DNA of 38,259 nt, taken from assembly GCA_003857025.1 (NCBI GenBank), contig RPOO01000001.1:1-38259 (forward strand), in the 5' to 3' direction. This stretch comes from Methanothrix sp. (GTDB lineage: Archaea; Halobacteriota; Methanosarcinia; Methanotrichales; Methanotrichaceae). Each line of letters opens with the position of its first letter. Position 1 is the first letter of the stretch. Shown piece by piece: positions 24,214 through 35,210 of the stretch. Position numbers and translations under genes: made by a program. Below the pieces are notes generated by a model. The model did not search any database. It saw nothing but the letters and a program-made list of their open reading frames with translations, and was not told where the DNA came from.

Positions 24214-25823
24214 GCCGATGCTCCGAAGAACTTCTGCATCATGGGGTACATCTCCTGAATCTGTTCGCTCGCTATCTGCTCATAGAGCCTATAGACGATG
24301 CTCACTGCCAGGAGCAGTCCGGTACCGCCTGCGCTTCCCAGGGTTCCGAGTAGCGTTGCGATCAGGGTCAATAGGCCTATGATCACGCCGCCGATGACCG
24401 TCACCTTGGGAATGTATCTTTCCATCAGCCGCTCAATCGAAGCAGGGTTTCTCCTGTAGCCGGGAACCTGTAGGCCGGAATTGTGAATCTTCATGGCCAC
24501 ACTCTTGGGTCCCATGCCCGTGGTCTCGATCCAGAAGATAGCGAAGATAACTCCGCCCACGATCAGGAATGTCGAATCCACCAGCACATGCAGCAAGATC
24601 TGCCAGTAAGATAGCGGTGAGAATCCCAGTTCAGTCAATCCGGCAACATTCTGGTTGACCATACTCGGTATCCAGCTATTCGGCCCCTGCAATGCGGACA
24701 TATAATACATCAGTCCCCCGACCGGTTGAGGCGAGGATGCGCTGATGGCCGCACCCGTTGCAGAGTTATACTTTGCATAGGAGATGAAGTCGCCAAGGAG
24801 GCTCGAATAGCCTGTATAAACTGTGGTCACACCCTGTCCGGTGACGCTTGCGGTAGTTATCGCGCCGATCTTGGATGCAAGCAGCGCTCCCAGCATCTCG
24901 ATGTTGGCCTGAATGGCCCTCACCAGAATCATGGGAAGAACCGATGCGTAGACCAGCTTGACGGGGAAGCGTCCTCTGGCACCGCGAACGCGGCTGTGCG
25001 CCAGAGGTATCTCAATCCTGGTAGACTCAACGAAAACGACCATCAAGATGATCATTATGGTCGAGATGAGCGCCAGAATTCCGCCTGTAACCAGGATGAA
25101 CTTCATGCCCTCTGCAGTGAAGATGGTATCGAATCCGATAAGCTGTAGCCTGAAGATATCAATCCACTTGGGAATGATGCCCACGGGAAGTCCGGCATCG
25201 CCTGCAGCCGGGTTGATGATACCGGTTACCAACTGCTGGCTGATTCCTGCTACTATGAAGAGGCCCACGCCTGAGCCGACGCCCCATTTGGAGACAACCT
25301 CATCCATGTAAACGATGAGAGAGCCGCCCACGAACACCTGGATGAATATCAAGAGAGATACTATGCCCAGGGGAACGCCTAAAGCGAGAGCCAGGTCGGA
25401 ATTCGGCAGCAGATAGCCACCCATAACCTGAGGCAGCGCCTCCACAGCCACCATCACAAACACCAGAGCCTTTTGAGTGCCCTGATAAATGGCCTGATCT
25501 CGCGGATCGCTCAAGTCGAGCTTGATGATCTCAGCACCGACCAATAGCTGCAGCACGATGGACGCTGTAACAATGGGACCGATACCAAGGAGCATCATAG
25601 TGCCGAAGGACCCGGCAAAGAAAGCTCGATAAGCGCTGAAGATATCCGTAGATGCGGTGGAAAGGCCGAAGAGCGGGATATTCCCCAAAATAAAGTAAAG
25701 GAGCAAAATGGCCAGAGTCCAGCTTAGCTTTCTCTTAAAATGGACGTGCCCTGTGGGCCGCTCCACAGAGGGGAGCCGGCGCACAAAGGGCTCTATCGCA
25801 TAAAAGAAACTATGCTGGTTCAT
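24210..25823 (-). CDS. secY: Preprotein translocase subunit SecY
   Basis: LGIGPIVTASIVLQLL, SKWGVGSGVGLFI, FPVKLVYAS and GGTGLLL. Confidence 0.97.
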   Translation of the reverse strand: MNQHSFFYAIEPFVRRLPSVERPTGHVHFKRKLSWTLAILLLYFILGNIPLFGLSTASTDIFSAYRAFFAGSFGTMMLLGIGPIVTASIVLQLLVGAEIIKLDLSDPRDQAIYQGTQKALVFVMVAVEALPQVMGGYLLPNSDLALALGVPLGIVSLLIFIQVFVGGSLIVYMDEVVSKWGVGSGVGLFIVAGISQQLVTGIINPAAGDAGLPVGIIPKWIDIFRLQLIGFDTIFTAEGMKFILVTGGILALISTIMIILMVVFVESTRIEIPLAHSRVRGARGRFPVKLVYASVLPMILVRAIQANIEMLGALLASKIGAITTASVTGQGVTTVYTGYSSLLGDFISYAKYNSATGAAISASSPQPVGGLMYYMSALQGPNSWIPSMVNQNVAGLTELGFSPLSYWQILLHVLVDSTFLIVGGVIFAIFWIETTGMGPKSVAMKIHNSGLQVPGYRRNPASIERLMERYIPKVTVIGGVIIGLLTLIATLLGTLGSAGGTGLLLAVSIVYRLYEQIASEQIQEMYPMMQKFFGASA

Positions 25824-26197
25824 ACTACTACTGCCTGACCACCAGCAGCCTCAATCTTATCCTTGGCAGTGGCCGTAAAGGCGGCTGCAGTCACAGTCAG
25901 CTTTCTGGTTACTTTGCCGCGACCGAGGACCTTCATCTCACTGATCTCAACCTTGCCGTCAGAGCCTGCCAACTGGTCCAGGATATCGACGTTGACCACC
26001 TCAGGCCTCTCGATCAGCGGCAGTCGGACGAATCCGTGCTTGCCCATCTGAGTGCCGAGAAGCATAGACCTCATGAAGTGATGCTTGCACTTGCCAGTGT
26101 CTCCACGCCCACCGCGAGAGCCGCCTCCACGCGCGTTCTTATGCTTGCCGTGGTATGTCCGGTGGCCTCTGCGTTCTTTTGTCTTAGGTCTTACCAT
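25820..26197 (-). CDS. rpl15: 50S ribosomal protein uL15
   Basis: RGHRTYHG..RGGGSRGGRG, GKHGF, KVLGRG and KIEAAGG. Confidence 0.93.
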   Translation of the reverse strand: MVRPKTKERRGHRTYHGKHKNARGGGSRGGRGDTGKCKHHFMRSMLLGTQMGKHGFVRLPLIERPEVVNVDILDQLAGSDGKVEISEMKVLGRGKVTRKLTVTAAAFTATAKDKIEAAGGQAVVV

Positions 26198-26203
26198 TGC
26201 TCT

Positions 26204-26659
26204 CTACCTCATCTTCTTGATAAGAAACGCCAGATCCTGGCGAAATCCTGTGTCTCCGCCCTGCTGTGCGGTCTTCTTGGTGGTCTTCAAGCCCTTCCGA
26301 GGCGGATGCAACCTGAATATGGGCTTAATTCCCAGGTCCTTCAGGCTGGCAGTGCCGGAGTTCATGGCAGACGCAAGCTCCTTAAAAGAGCGGTAGGAGG
26401 TATTCTCCTTCAAGAACTGCTCGGTTAAGCGCCTATTCGCGCTGAGCCGCCCGCGCTTTTCCAGGAGCATGGCCAAAGTTTCATCATCGATCTTGCCCCA
26501 GGCCACGTAATCCTTGACCTTCTGGATCATGCCGCGGTAGTGGGGATCTTCCTTTACAACGACACAATGGTTGACGCGATGAATGCGCAGCATGGCCAGG
26601 GTATCCTTGATCTCGGGCCGAACGTTTACCTCGCCTCTCAATCTGACTATGGCAAACAT
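26204..26659 (-). CDS. rpl30: 50S ribosomal protein uL30
   Basis: MFAIVRLRG from ATG 26659, and FRLHPPRKG. Confidence 0.93.
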   Translation of the reverse strand: MFAIVRLRGEVNVRPEIKDTLAMLRIHRVNHCVVVKEDPHYRGMIQKVKDYVAWGKIDDETLAMLLEKRGRLSANRRLTEQFLKENTSYRSFKELASAMNSGTASLKDLGIKPIFRLHPPRKGLKTTKKTAQQGGDTGFRQDLAFLIKKMR

Positions 26660-26661
26660 CT

Positions 26662-27285
26662 TCAGGCCCTCACTGTTATGGTGTTGATGAGCGCGTTGTA
26701 GGTGGCTTTTGCGAAGTTCAGAGTGGTCCTGGTCGAACCTGCCGTCCTGGTCCACACATCCTTGATGCCGGCCATATCCATGACCTTCTTGGATGTATCT
26801 CCGGCGGCGATGCCGAGGCCTCTTGGAGCGGGAATGAGAACGACTCTGACGCTTCCCGATTCACCGATGACCTCATAAGGCACGGTGTGGGGAAGTCCGC
26901 AGCCGCATTCCCAGGAACCGCAACCGCGCTTTACCTTCATGATATTGCGCTTGGCATTGTCGATTCCCTTCTTGATGGCCTTTCCTACCTGAACGTCCTT
27001 GCCCTCGCCAAGGCCGATATAGCCATCCCGGTTGCCGACGATGACGGTGGTTCTGAATTTGACTCTCCTGCCGGAGTCGGTCATCCTCTGAACCATGTTT
27101 ATATCCAAAACCTCATCCTCGAGGCCTGGGATAAGCACATCGACGAGTCCGGCTTCCTTGATGGGAAGGCCGGAGGCGATGGCCTCATCGAAGGTAGTTA
27201 CCTGGCCCTCAAAAACGAGCTTGCCCAGCCTAGTTCTGGGGACCCACTCTTCTTGATAGAAATCTCGCTTCTTCTTCTGATCCAT
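26662..27285 (-). CDS. rps5: 30S ribosomal protein uS5
   Basis: [18 protein letters not shown] and GCGSWECGC; ATG 27285. Confidence 0.95.
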   Translation of the reverse strand: MDQKKKRDFYQEEWVPRTRLGKLVFEGQVTTFDEAIASGLPIKEAGLVDVLIPGLEDEVLDINMVQRMTDSGRRVKFRTTVIVGNRDGYIGLGEGKDVQVGKAIKKGIDNAKRNIMKVKRGCGSWECGCGLPHTVPYEVIGESGSVRVVLIPAPRGLGIAAGDTSKKVMDMAGIKDVWTRTAGSTRTTLNFAKATYNALINTITVRA

Positions 27286-27289
27286 AGTC

Positions 27290-27799
27290 TCACCCCAGTA
27301 TCTTCTCACGGGCCTGCTCGAATTGGGCCACGATATCTGCTCCGGTGTATTTCTTTATGTGCTCACCACGAATTCTCTCGTCTTCTGGGAATATCTCCGG
27401 GCTATGAGGAACATTCACGCCTGCATCCACGACTCCCTTGATGGCAGCATAGATTCTGTTGCCGCGTGTGGAGGCGTGCAGGCCGATGTCCGCAATGCCC
27501 TCGACTTTGCCCAGAGCCAGCATCTTCTTTCCGAAGAGCAGGCCGGTAAGGTAAGCTGCAGGCAAGTTGCTCTTGCTCAAAGTATAGCCGAAGTTTTCCA
27601 GCTCTTTTGAGTTGACCGTCAGGAGCGTTTTGTCGCCCAGTTGCTCTGCCAAGACTAATTGCAATGTGGTGCTGGCATTGCTCTTTCTGACCACAACCCT
27701 CGGTTTCTTCGATAGTATAAGTCTGTATCTGACGTGATAGTTGGTTTTGCCCTCTCTCCGCCTGCGGAAGGGCACCTTGTATCTAGGTCCTGTCGCCAA
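27290..27799 (-). CDS. rpl18: 50S ribosomal protein uL18
   Basis: [20 protein letters not shown] from TTG 27799 with GGGGTGA SD. Confidence 0.95.
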   Translation of the reverse strand: MATGPRYKVPFRRRREGKTNYHVRYRLILSKKPRVVVRKSNASTTLQLVLAEQLGDKTLLTVNSKELENFGYTLSKSNLPAAYLTGLLFGKKMLALGKVEGIADIGLHASTRGNRIYAAIKGVVDAGVNVPHSPEIFPEDERIRGEHIKKYTGADIVAQFEQAREKILG

Positions 27800-27800
27800 G

Positions 27801-28262
27801 TTACTCACCCCTGGCAAGGCTCTTGGCCTTGATATAGGCGTTGAGATGCGATATGCTTCTGTACTCGCCGCCTTTGGACTTGCGGTAGAGCAACCTGTAA
27901 GCATGCCGATCAATCTGGCCGCCTTCGCGAAGCTCCTTGAGCCTCTTTCTCAGAGCGCGGATCTTGGTCATCCACTGCTCTTTGCGTGGAGATCGAGCAC
28001 CTTTGGCTCCCTTGCGGTGTCCGGCACCCTTGCAGTGTCCATACGCGCGCTTAACATTTCGGGCTCTGATTCTGGCTCGGCTGTTGCCCTTCTTGGGCTT
28101 GGCCTTGATGTTCCCGTCATCGATTTGAGAGCGAATGTCCTCACGGGTAATGGCATCTGCCAGATCTCCAGCCACTTCCGGATCAGGGTTGATCCAGACA
28201 CGGCTTTCGCCAACCGACAGCTCCGAAGCCGCCAGCCTGCGCTGTGTCTTGAAGTCGGACAT
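27801..28262 (-). CDS. rpl19e: 50S ribosomal protein eL19
   Basis: [18 protein letters not shown] and RKGAKGAR. Confidence 0.95.
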   Translation of the reverse strand: MSDFKTQRRLAASELSVGESRVWINPDPEVAGDLADAITREDIRSQIDDGNIKAKPKKGNSRARIRARNVKRAYGHCKGAGHRKGAKGARSPRKEQWMTKIRALRKRLKELREGGQIDRHAYRLLYRKSKGGEYRSISHLNAYIKAKSLARGE

Positions 28263-28263
28263 T

Positions 28264-28638
28264 TCAGGCACCTCCCTTGGGGTTCAGTACCTTCAAGCCC
28301 AGCTCTCCTGCCTTGGCCTGAATATCCAGACGCTTCTTCATTCCCACAGCAGAAGCAATGCGCACAACATGCCCTGTAGCGTTCTGCAGCTCTGCAACAT
28401 TATTTACCAGAATCTCGGGCAGGCCGGACGGATGGAATCCCTTCACAGCCTTCGGGCTTCCGAAACCTGGCCGGACCAGCTTGCCTTTAGCAGCAATCTG
28501 CTGCCGGAGCTTGTTGTGCAGGCCACGAGGCTTTCGCCAGCTTGTGGGCAGCCTCTTCTTTTTATGTGAATCATGAAAGTTAAACTCAGGCTTCTTGGAC
28601 TTCTGCCTGGCTCTAACTCTCAGCAATCTCTCTGCCAT
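28264..28638 (-). CDS. rpl32e: 50S ribosomal protein eL32
   Basis: SWRKPRG, GFHPSG and KVLNP. Confidence 0.95.
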   Translation of the reverse strand: MAERLLRVRARQKSKKPEFNFHDSHKKKRLPTSWRKPRGLHNKLRQQIAAKGKLVRPGFGSPKAVKGFHPSGLPEILVNNVAELQNATGHVVRIASAVGMKKRLDIQAKAGELGLKVLNPKGGA

Positions 28639-28643
28639 CCTCG

Positions 28644-29174
28644 TCACCTCTTGTCCACCAGGTAAATTCCGTCCTGGAATATCCTGATATCGAATCCACG
28701 CACTCTTGTTGCCTGCTCGATGTTGGCCATAGTCTGACCAACGTGCTCCTTGTCGATTCCGGTGATGGTTACCTCATCTTTGCCGATGTTTACCTTGGTT
28801 CCGGGCAAAATCTTGGCAGATCGAGGCCTCCTCTCGCCGAGGAAGTTATTGATGATGAGCTCGTCCGAAGCAGCCTTGAGCTGAATGGGGAAGTGAGAGT
28901 ACACGACCTTCATCTTGTACTCATATCCTTTGGTGACACCTGCAATCATATTGCCGATGTGCGCCGCCAGTGTTCCCACCATTGCCCTCTGCCGCTTGCG
29001 ATCGAGCCTGGAATTCACGACCAGGATGGAATCCTCTTTCTTGATCTCTATCTCAGGATAGGAGAGCTGCCTGGATACCTCGCCTTTGGGGCCTTTTACC
29101 GTGACGGTATTTCCGTCAACGGCCACGGCAACTCCTTCAGGGATCTCAACCTGTCGTGCAATCTCTTTTGCCAT
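28644..29174 (-). CDS. rpl6: 50S ribosomal protein uL6
   Basis: VKGPKG, YSHFP, NFLGE and DIRIFQDGIY. Confidence 0.95.
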   Translation of the reverse strand: MAKEIARQVEIPEGVAVAVDGNTVTVKGPKGEVSRQLSYPEIEIKKEDSILVVNSRLDRKRQRAMVGTLAAHIGNMIAGVTKGYEYKMKVVYSHFPIQLKAASDELIINNFLGERRPRSAKILPGTKVNIGKDEVTITGIDKEHVGQTMANIEQATRVRGFDIRIFQDGIYLVDKR

Positions 29175-29183
29175 TGCGACCAC

Positions 29184-29573
29184 CTAATATACGTATGCCA
29201 GGAGTTGCCCACCCAGGGACTGGGCCCTAGCTTCGCTATGAGCCATGACTCCCTTGCTGGTGCTCAGGATCAGCACTCCAAAGTTCCTGGCAGGGAGGAA
29301 TCGCTTCTCCCATTTCTCAAGCTCCGTTACTTTGGTGGCAAACCGGGGCTTAATGACGCCGCAGCGGTTGATCCTTCCCAGGAGCTTTACTCTGAACATT
29401 CCCGACTTTCCGTCGTCAACGAACTCAAATTCTCCGATGTATCCTCGGTCCGCCATAACCTTAAGAGCTCTTCCAATGAGCTTGGAGGCGGGATGGATGA
29501 TACACTCGGGCTTGCCTACACTTTCCGCATTCTTTATGACGGAGAGCGCATCGGCTAGTGGATCTAACAACAC
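29184..29573 (-). CDS. rps8: 30S ribosomal protein uS8
   Basis: [18 protein letters not shown] and GGQLLAYVY. Confidence 0.95.
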   Translation of the reverse strand: MLLDPLADALSVIKNAESVGKPECIIHPASKLIGRALKVMADRGYIGEFEFVDDGKSGMFRVKLLGRINRCGVIKPRFATKVTELEKWEKRFLPARNFGVLILSTSKGVMAHSEARAQSLGGQLLAYVY

Positions 29574-29583
29574 GTGTGACCAC

Positions 29584-29736
29584 CTACGAATTCTTATTAA
29601 AGCCCATCTCAGGGGCGATCTCTCGGAAGCACTGCCTGCACAGGTATATCCCGTACTTTCTCACCAGGCCGTTCTTATTCCCACAGCGCTTGCAGGTATT
29701 GGCACCTCTTCCGAAGATCTTCTTTCCTTTCTTCAT
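29584..29736 (-). CDS. rps14: 30S ribosomal protein uS14 (zinc-binding type), missed by the ORF track
   Basis: Read by hand: [50 protein letters not shown] (50 aa, two CxxC). Confidence 0.95.
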   Translation of the reverse strand: MKKGKKIFGRGANTCKRCGNKNGLVRKYGIYLCRQCFREIAPEMGFNKNS

Positions 29737-30248
29737 GCAGCCTCCAGTACCACTACGCCAAACTTCTTCTGGACGAAATCCAGAGTATCATCCTTGCCGA
29801 GCCTCTGCCGACTTGGAATCTTCTTCTGGCAGACGCGCCTTCGAGCGATCCGATATCCGGCTCTCTTCATGGCCACGGTTACATCCATGCCGAAGATGCC
29901 TATCTCCGGGTCGTATCTCATTCCCGGAAAATCGGTATGCTCTTCAATGCCGAAAGAGAAGTTGCCTTGGTTGTCGAACTGGCTCTTTCTGAGGCTATTG
30001 CCTGCCGCCTTCAAAGCGATGGCCAGGAATTCCTCAGCCGCCTTTCCCCGAAGGGTTAGCTTGGCACCGATAGGCTCGTTCTTCTTGATACCGAAGTTGG
30101 GAAGCGTCTTCTTGGCGATGGACCGAACAGGGGACTGATGCGTTATGGTTTTAAGAATGGTCTCGGCGTTTACCAGCCTCTGACCGCTCTCGCCTACGCC
30201 CACATGCACGACGACTTTGTCGATGCGGGGCTCAAGCATGACATTCAT
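29733..30248 (-). CDS. rpl5: 50S ribosomal protein uL5
   Basis: [12 protein letters not shown] and [15 protein letters not shown]. Confidence 0.95.
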   Translation of the reverse strand: MNVMLEPRIDKVVVHVGVGESGQRLVNAETILKTITHQSPVRSIAKKTLPNFGIKKNEPIGAKLTLRGKAAEEFLAIALKAAGNSLRKSQFDNQGNFSFGIEEHTDFPGMRYDPEIGIFGMDVTVAMKRAGYRIARRRVCQKKIPSRQRLGKDDTLDFVQKKFGVVVLEAA

Positions 30249-30950
30249 CTAGCGTCCCCCCAGCTTGATCGCCGGAGAATCACGGCCAATCATGAAGACA
30301 TACTCCTCGATGGTCTCGAACTCCTCGTCGCCTGCGATGATGACGCGGTTGGGCTGGGAGCTCTTCACGGTTATGATCTCCTTGATCTTGCCCGTCTGGC
30401 CGGTGTGCTTTCCACCCACGACCATAGCCAGATTGCCGATCTTGTACTCGATCCTATCCTCGACCTTCTTATCGGGGATGGAGAGTACCAGAGAATCGCC
30501 CACCTTGAACTCGCCGTCTGCGAGCTTATTCGATCCGTCGGATAGGTTAAGCTGCAGCTTCTTGCCCGTGATGATGGTCTTGTTCTCGATCCTGGCCAGC
30601 TTCTTGGCGTCTATTGCCTCAATCGGGCTGAGATAGAACATGCCGCGAACATCCTTCATCATGCGGTATTGCTGATTGAGAAGGGGAATAGAAACGACAT
30701 CAAAGATGCCCACCGGCAACTTGTAGTCCTTCTGTGCCTTTCCGTCGATCAGCACCTTGCCCTCGTAGAGGATTCTCTTGGCCTCGCGGGCGTTGTCCAC
30801 CAGCTTGAGCATATCTCGAATTACGGTCACGAGAGGGATGCTCTGCTCGGCAGAGTGTGGACCGGGACTGGCCTTGGCAACCCATGCATGGGTCTTCCTG
30901 GAAATAGGCCAGCTCACTGGAACAGTTACTCTCTTCTGGTGTCTGCTCAT
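30249..30950 (-). CDS. rps4e: 30S ribosomal protein eS4
   Basis: [18 protein letters not shown] and GGKHTG. Confidence 0.95.
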   Translation of the reverse strand: MSRHQKRVTVPVSWPISRKTHAWVAKASPGPHSAEQSIPLVTVIRDMLKLVDNAREAKRILYEGKVLIDGKAQKDYKLPVGIFDVVSIPLLNQQYRMMKDVRGMFYLSPIEAIDAKKLARIENKTIITGKKLQLNLSDGSNKLADGEFKVGDSLVLSIPDKKVEDRIEYKIGNLAMVVGGKHTGQTGKIKEIITVKSSQPNRVIIAGDEEFETIEEYVFMIGRDSPAIKLGGR

Positions 30951-31312
30951 TCTGATCGCCTCGCGAAGATCTTCTCTCTCTTTGCATCCTCAAGTTCGAG
31001 CTTTACAATCATGACATTGGAGGGATGAATGGTCCTTGGAACCTCGGTTCCATCGGCACGGTAGTTGCTCACGCCAGCCACCTTGATGGTGCACCTCTTC
31101 AGGTTTACCTCTTCCACCAGGCCTTCCGTACCGGCATGATCTCCACGCATTACCTTGACGGTATCACCCTTGCGAAGCTGCGCGCTGCGCTTCTTCAGCT
31201 CCTCGCGCAGAGCTTTGCTCAAGGGTGCATGCACGTACTTTTGACGCATATGCAGCGGCGCAGTATACCTCGCCTTCCGCTGCTTCCTTGGCTGAATGCT
31301 CTTCATAATCAT
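30947..31312 (-). CDS. rpl24: 50S ribosomal protein uL24
   Basis: [17 protein letters not shown] and IHPSNV. Exact start uncertain (31306-31315). Confidence 0.93.
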   Translation of the reverse strand: MIMKSIQPRKQRKARYTAPLHMRQKYVHAPLSKALREELKKRSAQLRKGDTVKVMRGDHAGTEGLVEEVNLKRCTIKVAGVSNYRADGTEVPRTIHPSNVMIVKLELEDAKREKIFARRSE

Positions 31313-31710
31313 CACACAATCATTGATGCCGCGGACGCGATCTTGCTGAACCTTTCAGCTACTTCGCGAGCCACAGGCCCCTTAACCTCAGAGCCCTTGG
31401 GAACGCCCTCGTCATCTACGATAACGGCTGCGTTATCCTCGAATTTCACTCTGAGACCGTCGGGCCTGCGGAACTCCTTCCTCTGGCGGATGATGACAGC
31501 CTTGAAGATCTGCTTTCGCATCTCTGGAGTTCCCTTCTTCACGGATACTATTACCATGTCCCCGATTCCTGCGCAGGGCTGTCTATTTTTCACGCCACGG
31601 TATTTCTTGACCGCAATGACGTGTAGCGTCCGCGCACCTGTATTGTCTACACAATCCAGGTATGCGCCAGTGTTGATCGCCCTTGGGATCTTGGCCTTAT
31701 GTCCTCTCAT
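31312..31710 (-). CDS. rpl14: 50S ribosomal protein uL14
   Basis: CVDNTGA, FEDNAAV and [11 protein letters not shown]; ATG 31710. Confidence 0.95.
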   Translation of the reverse strand: MRGHKAKIPRAINTGAYLDCVDNTGARTLHVIAVKKYRGVKNRQPCAGIGDMVIVSVKKGTPEMRKQIFKAVIIRQRKEFRRPDGLRVKFEDNAAVIVDDEGVPKGSEVKGPVAREVAERFSKIASAASMIV

Positions 31711-32027
31711 TTTTGGACCTCCACAACCACGTAAGACTTGGTCTTGGAGAGGGGCCGACACTCCGCTATTTTGACACGATCCCCTTCTTTGGCTTCAATG
31801 CACGGGGGATTGTGCGCATGAATCTTGGACTGCCTCTTCTCAAATCGTTCGTATTTCGTTGCTTTCTTTTCGAACTTACGCAATACTACCACGGTGTTAT
31901 CCATCTTGTCGCTGACCACGGTGCAATCGAATACCTGGCCGCGAACGGACAGATTACCATGGAAGGGACACTTCGGATCGCTGCACTCCTTCTTCGGTGC
32001 GCTAACGTCCAGTCCGATATCCCTCAT
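31707..32027 (-). CDS. rps17: 30S ribosomal protein uS17
   Basis: [10 protein letters not shown] and ECRPLSKTK. Confidence 0.95.
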   Translation of the reverse strand: MRDIGLDVSAPKKECSDPKCPFHGNLSVRGQVFDCTVVSDKMDNTVVVLRKFEKKATKYERFEKRQSKIHAHNPPCIEAKEGDRVKIAECRPLSKTKSYVVVEVQK

Positions 32028-32317
32028 AACTTCCACCTCGTCCTCTGCATTCTCTTGCTTATTCTGTTCTCGGGCTGCGAGACCAGGACCGATCCCTGGA
32101 CCCTCGCCCTTCGCCCATCGGGAAGGGTGAAGATCAGGCTTGCGTTCGACTTGGCGATGCGAACGATCTTTCGCTTCGTCTCCAAGAGGAACGTGTTCCT
32201 GGTCTCGTCCACAACCAATCCCTCGATGCCGACCAGTCCCGGATCGGTGTTCGAGTCCACGTGGACCCGAAGGCCGATCAATTCATGCCTGGCCAGGTTC
32301 TCGGGGGAGAGATTCAC
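32024..32317 (-). CDS. rnp1: RNase P protein component 1 (Rpp29)
   Basis: [18 protein letters not shown] and QPENR; conserved position. Confidence 0.92.
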   Translation of the reverse strand: MNLSPENLARHELIGLRVHVDSNTDPGLVGIEGLVVDETRNTFLLETKRKIVRIAKSNASLIFTLPDGRRARVQGSVLVSQPENRISKRMQRTRWKL

Positions 32318-32514
32318 TGCTTTCGCTCCGTTTGGACCGTCTTGATTCGGGCGACGGTTCTGCGGATTTCTTTTATCCTCCCGGGTTTCTCGGGGGCGCC
32401 ACCAGCAGTGACGACGCCTCTCTCGCGGACGAGCTCGCTTTCGAGCTTTCGCAGCTCCTCTGCAATCTCCTCCTCGTTCATGTTTCGGATCTCGTCAATC
32501 TTGAAGATCGCCAT
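32314..32514 (-). CDS. rpl29: 50S ribosomal protein uL29
   Basis: EIRNM and [16 protein letters not shown]. Confidence 0.95.
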   Translation of the reverse strand: MAIFKIDEIRNMNEEEIAEELRKLESELVRERGVVTAGGAPEKPGRIKEIRRTVARIKTVQTERKQ

Positions 32515-32520
32515 ATCGGA

Positions 32521-33345
32521 TCACTCCTCCTTGGCGCAGGGCTCGGAGTCGACCTTCGCTTCGGGAAGGGGAGCATCCTCTGCCACGCCCTCGACAGGCA
32601 CTTCTGCGGCGGGCTTCGGCTCAGCGGCTGAGACTTCAGACTCCAGGAGCTGATCAAGATCGCTCTTCTTGGGCTCAACGGGCGCTGGTGCTGGTGCGGG
32701 GGCCGGAACCGGGGCACTCTTCTTGACCTCAACAGGGGCCGGTGGAGCCTGCAACTTCACAATCTGGAAATCGTCCGGCAACCGAACTTCCGGCGGGATG
32801 ATCCTTACCTGACAGCCGATGACACCTAGCTTCTTCACAGCAACCGAGTAGCCCTTATCCACAAGGTCGATGGCCGGCCTTCCGGAGTGTTTGATGTATC
32901 CAGAGATGAACTTCTCGGTTCTGGACCGGGGACCGGTCAATTTGCCGCTGATAACTATCTCGCAGCCGAGAGCCCCTGCGTCCATAACTCTGCGCATCAT
33001 GGACTGGCCTGCCTTTCGGAAGTACCAGCCGCGCTCGAGAGATGACGCCAGACGATTGGCCACCACTCTGCCATTAAGGTCGCCGCGTCCTACATCCTGG
33101 ACGTCGATCTGGGGATTATCCAGATGGAACTTGCGATCCAGGTCGCGGGTGATCTTGCGGATCAATTTACCGCCTTTTCCGATGACCATGCCCGGCTTTT
33201 CAGCGTAAACCGTGATCTGCGTGCCCATTGGCGTGCGGTTCATAACCATGCCGCCATATCCGGCCCGCTCCAGTTCCACTGCCAGGTACTCATCGACGAG
33301 AGCTTTGGTGATGCCCTCTGCAACGAACTTCTTCTCTACGGACAT
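32521..33345 (-). CDS. rps3: 30S ribosomal protein uS3 with Pro/Ala/Glu-rich tail
   Basis: [12 protein letters not shown] domain and [10 protein letters not shown]. Confidence 0.95.
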   Translation of the reverse strand: MSVEKKFVAEGITKALVDEYLAVELERAGYGGMVMNRTPMGTQITVYAEKPGMVIGKGGKLIRKITRDLDRKFHLDNPQIDVQDVGRGDLNGRVVANRLASSLERGWYFRKAGQSMMRRVMDAGALGCEIVISGKLTGPRSRTEKFISGYIKHSGRPAIDLVDKGYSVAVKKLGVIGCQVRIIPPEVRLPDDFQIVKLQAPPAPVEVKKSAPVPAPAPAPAPVEPKKSDLDQLLESEVSAAEPKPAAEVPVEGVAEDAPLPEAKVDSEPCAKEE

Positions 33346-33806
33346 CAGCTCTTCACCTCAGTCAAGATCATCTCAACAGAGACGGTCTCGGTATTCTTTG
33401 GGGTCGCCCTTCCCATAGCGCGGGGCATCCATCCGCGGATGGTTCTGCCCTTATGAGTACCGGCATGGTAGATCCTCATCTTTTCGGCCTCCATTCCCTT
33501 GTACTCGGCATTGGCGAGGGCGTTCTCCAGAACGACCAGAACGGCTTTTGCCGCTTTCTCCGGATATCTGCCGGCATCAGCGCCCACCAGGCCGTGCCTG
33601 TGAGCTACATTTCTATTGTAGCGCTTGAAGGGCACCGCCTTCTTCAGAGCCACTACATCCTCTAAATAGGCCTTGGCGTAGTTGGCTCGCATGCCTTTTA
33701 GAGTCCTGCAAATCTCGCGGGCGTGCTTTGGTGAGATGTGAAGCTCCATCCCCATGGCCCTTGAAGAGCGTCCTGCAGGCGTAAGCGAATAATTCAATCT
33801 GCCCAA
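33345..33806 (-). CDS. rpl22: 50S ribosomal protein uL22
   Basis: [17 protein letters not shown] and PRAMGRA. Confidence 0.95.
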   Translation of the reverse strand: MGRLNYSLTPAGRSSRAMGMELHISPKHAREICRTLKGMRANYAKAYLEDVVALKKAVPFKRYNRNVAHRHGLVGADAGRYPEKAAKAVLVVLENALANAEYKGMEAEKMRIYHAGTHKGRTIRGWMPRAMGRATPKNTETVSVEMILTEVKS

Positions 33807-33816
33807 GTCTCACACC

Positions 33817-34227
33817 TCACTTCAGCGGCACATACTTGCTCGATCTGGTAGCGCCCACACCGGCGGCACCGTGCTGCACGCGACCGCGCGTCAGAGCGAA
33901 CTCGCCGAAGTAGTGCCCAACCATCTCGGGCATGACCTCGACCTTCTCGAAGCTCTTGCCGTTGTAGATCTCCAGGCTCTTGCCCACCATATCGGGAAGG
34001 ACTACCATGTTCCTGATATGGGTTCGAACGGAGTCCTTATTCTTGATGCCTGTCAGGAGCTTCTTGTTCTCCTTCATCAGGCCTCTTTTAATTGATCTGC
34101 GCTGCCGCGCTGGAAGCAACACGGCAAGCTCCTCTATGCTTAACTTGGCGAGGTCGGCAATCTTCCGGCCCCGGTACAAGAACTCTTCCTTTCTCTTTGG
34201 AAGCTTGGATCCTGCTTTCTTAGCCAA
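33817..34227 (-). CDS. rps19: 30S ribosomal protein uS19
   Basis: RTHIRNM and GVGATRSSKYVPLK; TTG 34227 follows an AGGTGA SD. Confidence 0.95.
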   Translation of the reverse strand: MAKKAGSKLPKRKEEFLYRGRKIADLAKLSIEELAVLLPARQRRSIKRGLMKENKKLLTGIKNKDSVRTHIRNMVVLPDMVGKSLEIYNGKSFEKVEVMPEMVGHYFGEFALTRGRVQHGAAGVGATRSSKYVPLK

Positions 34228-34237
34228 AATCAATCAC

Positions 34238-34951
34238 CTAGCGCTTACCGGTTCTTCGTGCGGCGATCGAACCAACCTTTCGGCCCGGAGGTGTATTTCT
34301 GCTCACGGTCTTTGGCCTGCCCGGATGCTGGCGGCCACCGCCACCGAAGGGATGGTCTACTGCGTTCATTGCTACGCCTCTGACGATGGGCCACTTCTTG
34401 GCCTTGGATTGGAATTTGAAGAAGCTCTTTCCTGCCTTGACCAGAGGCTTATCCAGACGGCCGCCTCCGGCAACGACACCGATGGTCGCCAAGCATTTCG
34501 GGCTGAGCCACTTCATCTCTCCGCTGGGGAGCTGGACGACGGTCTGACCGACATCATGAGCCACGAGAATGGCGCAAACACCGGAGGAGCGGGCAAACTG
34601 GCCGCCGTGACCCGGCTGAGATTCGACGTTGCAGATGGGAATTCCCTCAGGAATCTCTGCCAGCGGCAGAGTGTTTCCAGGCTCGATTGGAGCCGAAATG
34701 CCACATGCGACCTCCTGGCCCACGAACATTCCCTCGGGAACCAGGATGTATCTCATCTCACCATTGCTCAATGCCACGAGCGCCACGGGAGCGGTTCGGG
34801 CAGGGTCGCGCATGATCTCCTGGACCACGCCTTTAATGGTTTCATTGCTATCGACTTTGATGTGCTTGATGTCCGCCCTGTATCTATGAGAGGGTGCCCT
34901 GTACGTTGGACCTCCAGCACCTCTATTCTGAGATATGATTCGATGTCCCAT
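34238..34951 (-). CDS. rpl2: 50S ribosomal protein uL2
   Basis: RGVAMNAVDHPFGGG and IAARRTG. Confidence 0.96.
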   Translation of the reverse strand: MGHRIISQNRGAGGPTYRAPSHRYRADIKHIKVDSNETIKGVVQEIMRDPARTAPVALVALSNGEMRYILVPEGMFVGQEVACGISAPIEPGNTLPLAEIPEGIPICNVESQPGHGGQFARSSGVCAILVAHDVGQTVVQLPSGEMKWLSPKCLATIGVVAGGGRLDKPLVKAGKSFFKFQSKAKKWPIVRGVAMNAVDHPFGGGGRQHPGRPKTVSRNTPPGRKVGSIAARRTGKR

Positions 34952-34961
34952 TGTAATCCAC

Positions 34962-35210
34962 CTACAGCAGTCCCAGCCTTGTGGCTAGCTCGTTCGCGCT
35001 TCCCTCTCCGACCAGCTTGACGATGGCCTTCTTCTGTCCCCGGGGAGTTACCATGGTCCTGACTGTCAGGACATCGACATCGTAAAGCTCCTTCAGGGCC
35101 CTCTTGATCTCCGGCTTGGTGGACTGCATGTTCACCAGGAACTCCAGCGTGTCGTTGGAGTCGATCATGCCGGTGACCTTTTCTGTGACGTATGGACTCT
35201 TGATAATCAT
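34962..35210 (-). CDS. rpl23: 50S ribosomal protein uL23
   Basis: [11 protein letters not shown] from ATG 35210, and KKAIVKL. Confidence 0.94.
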   Translation of the reverse strand: MIIKSPYVTEKVTGMIDSNDTLEFLVNMQSTKPEIKRALKELYDVDVLTVRTMVTPRGQKKAIVKLVGEGSANELATRLGLL

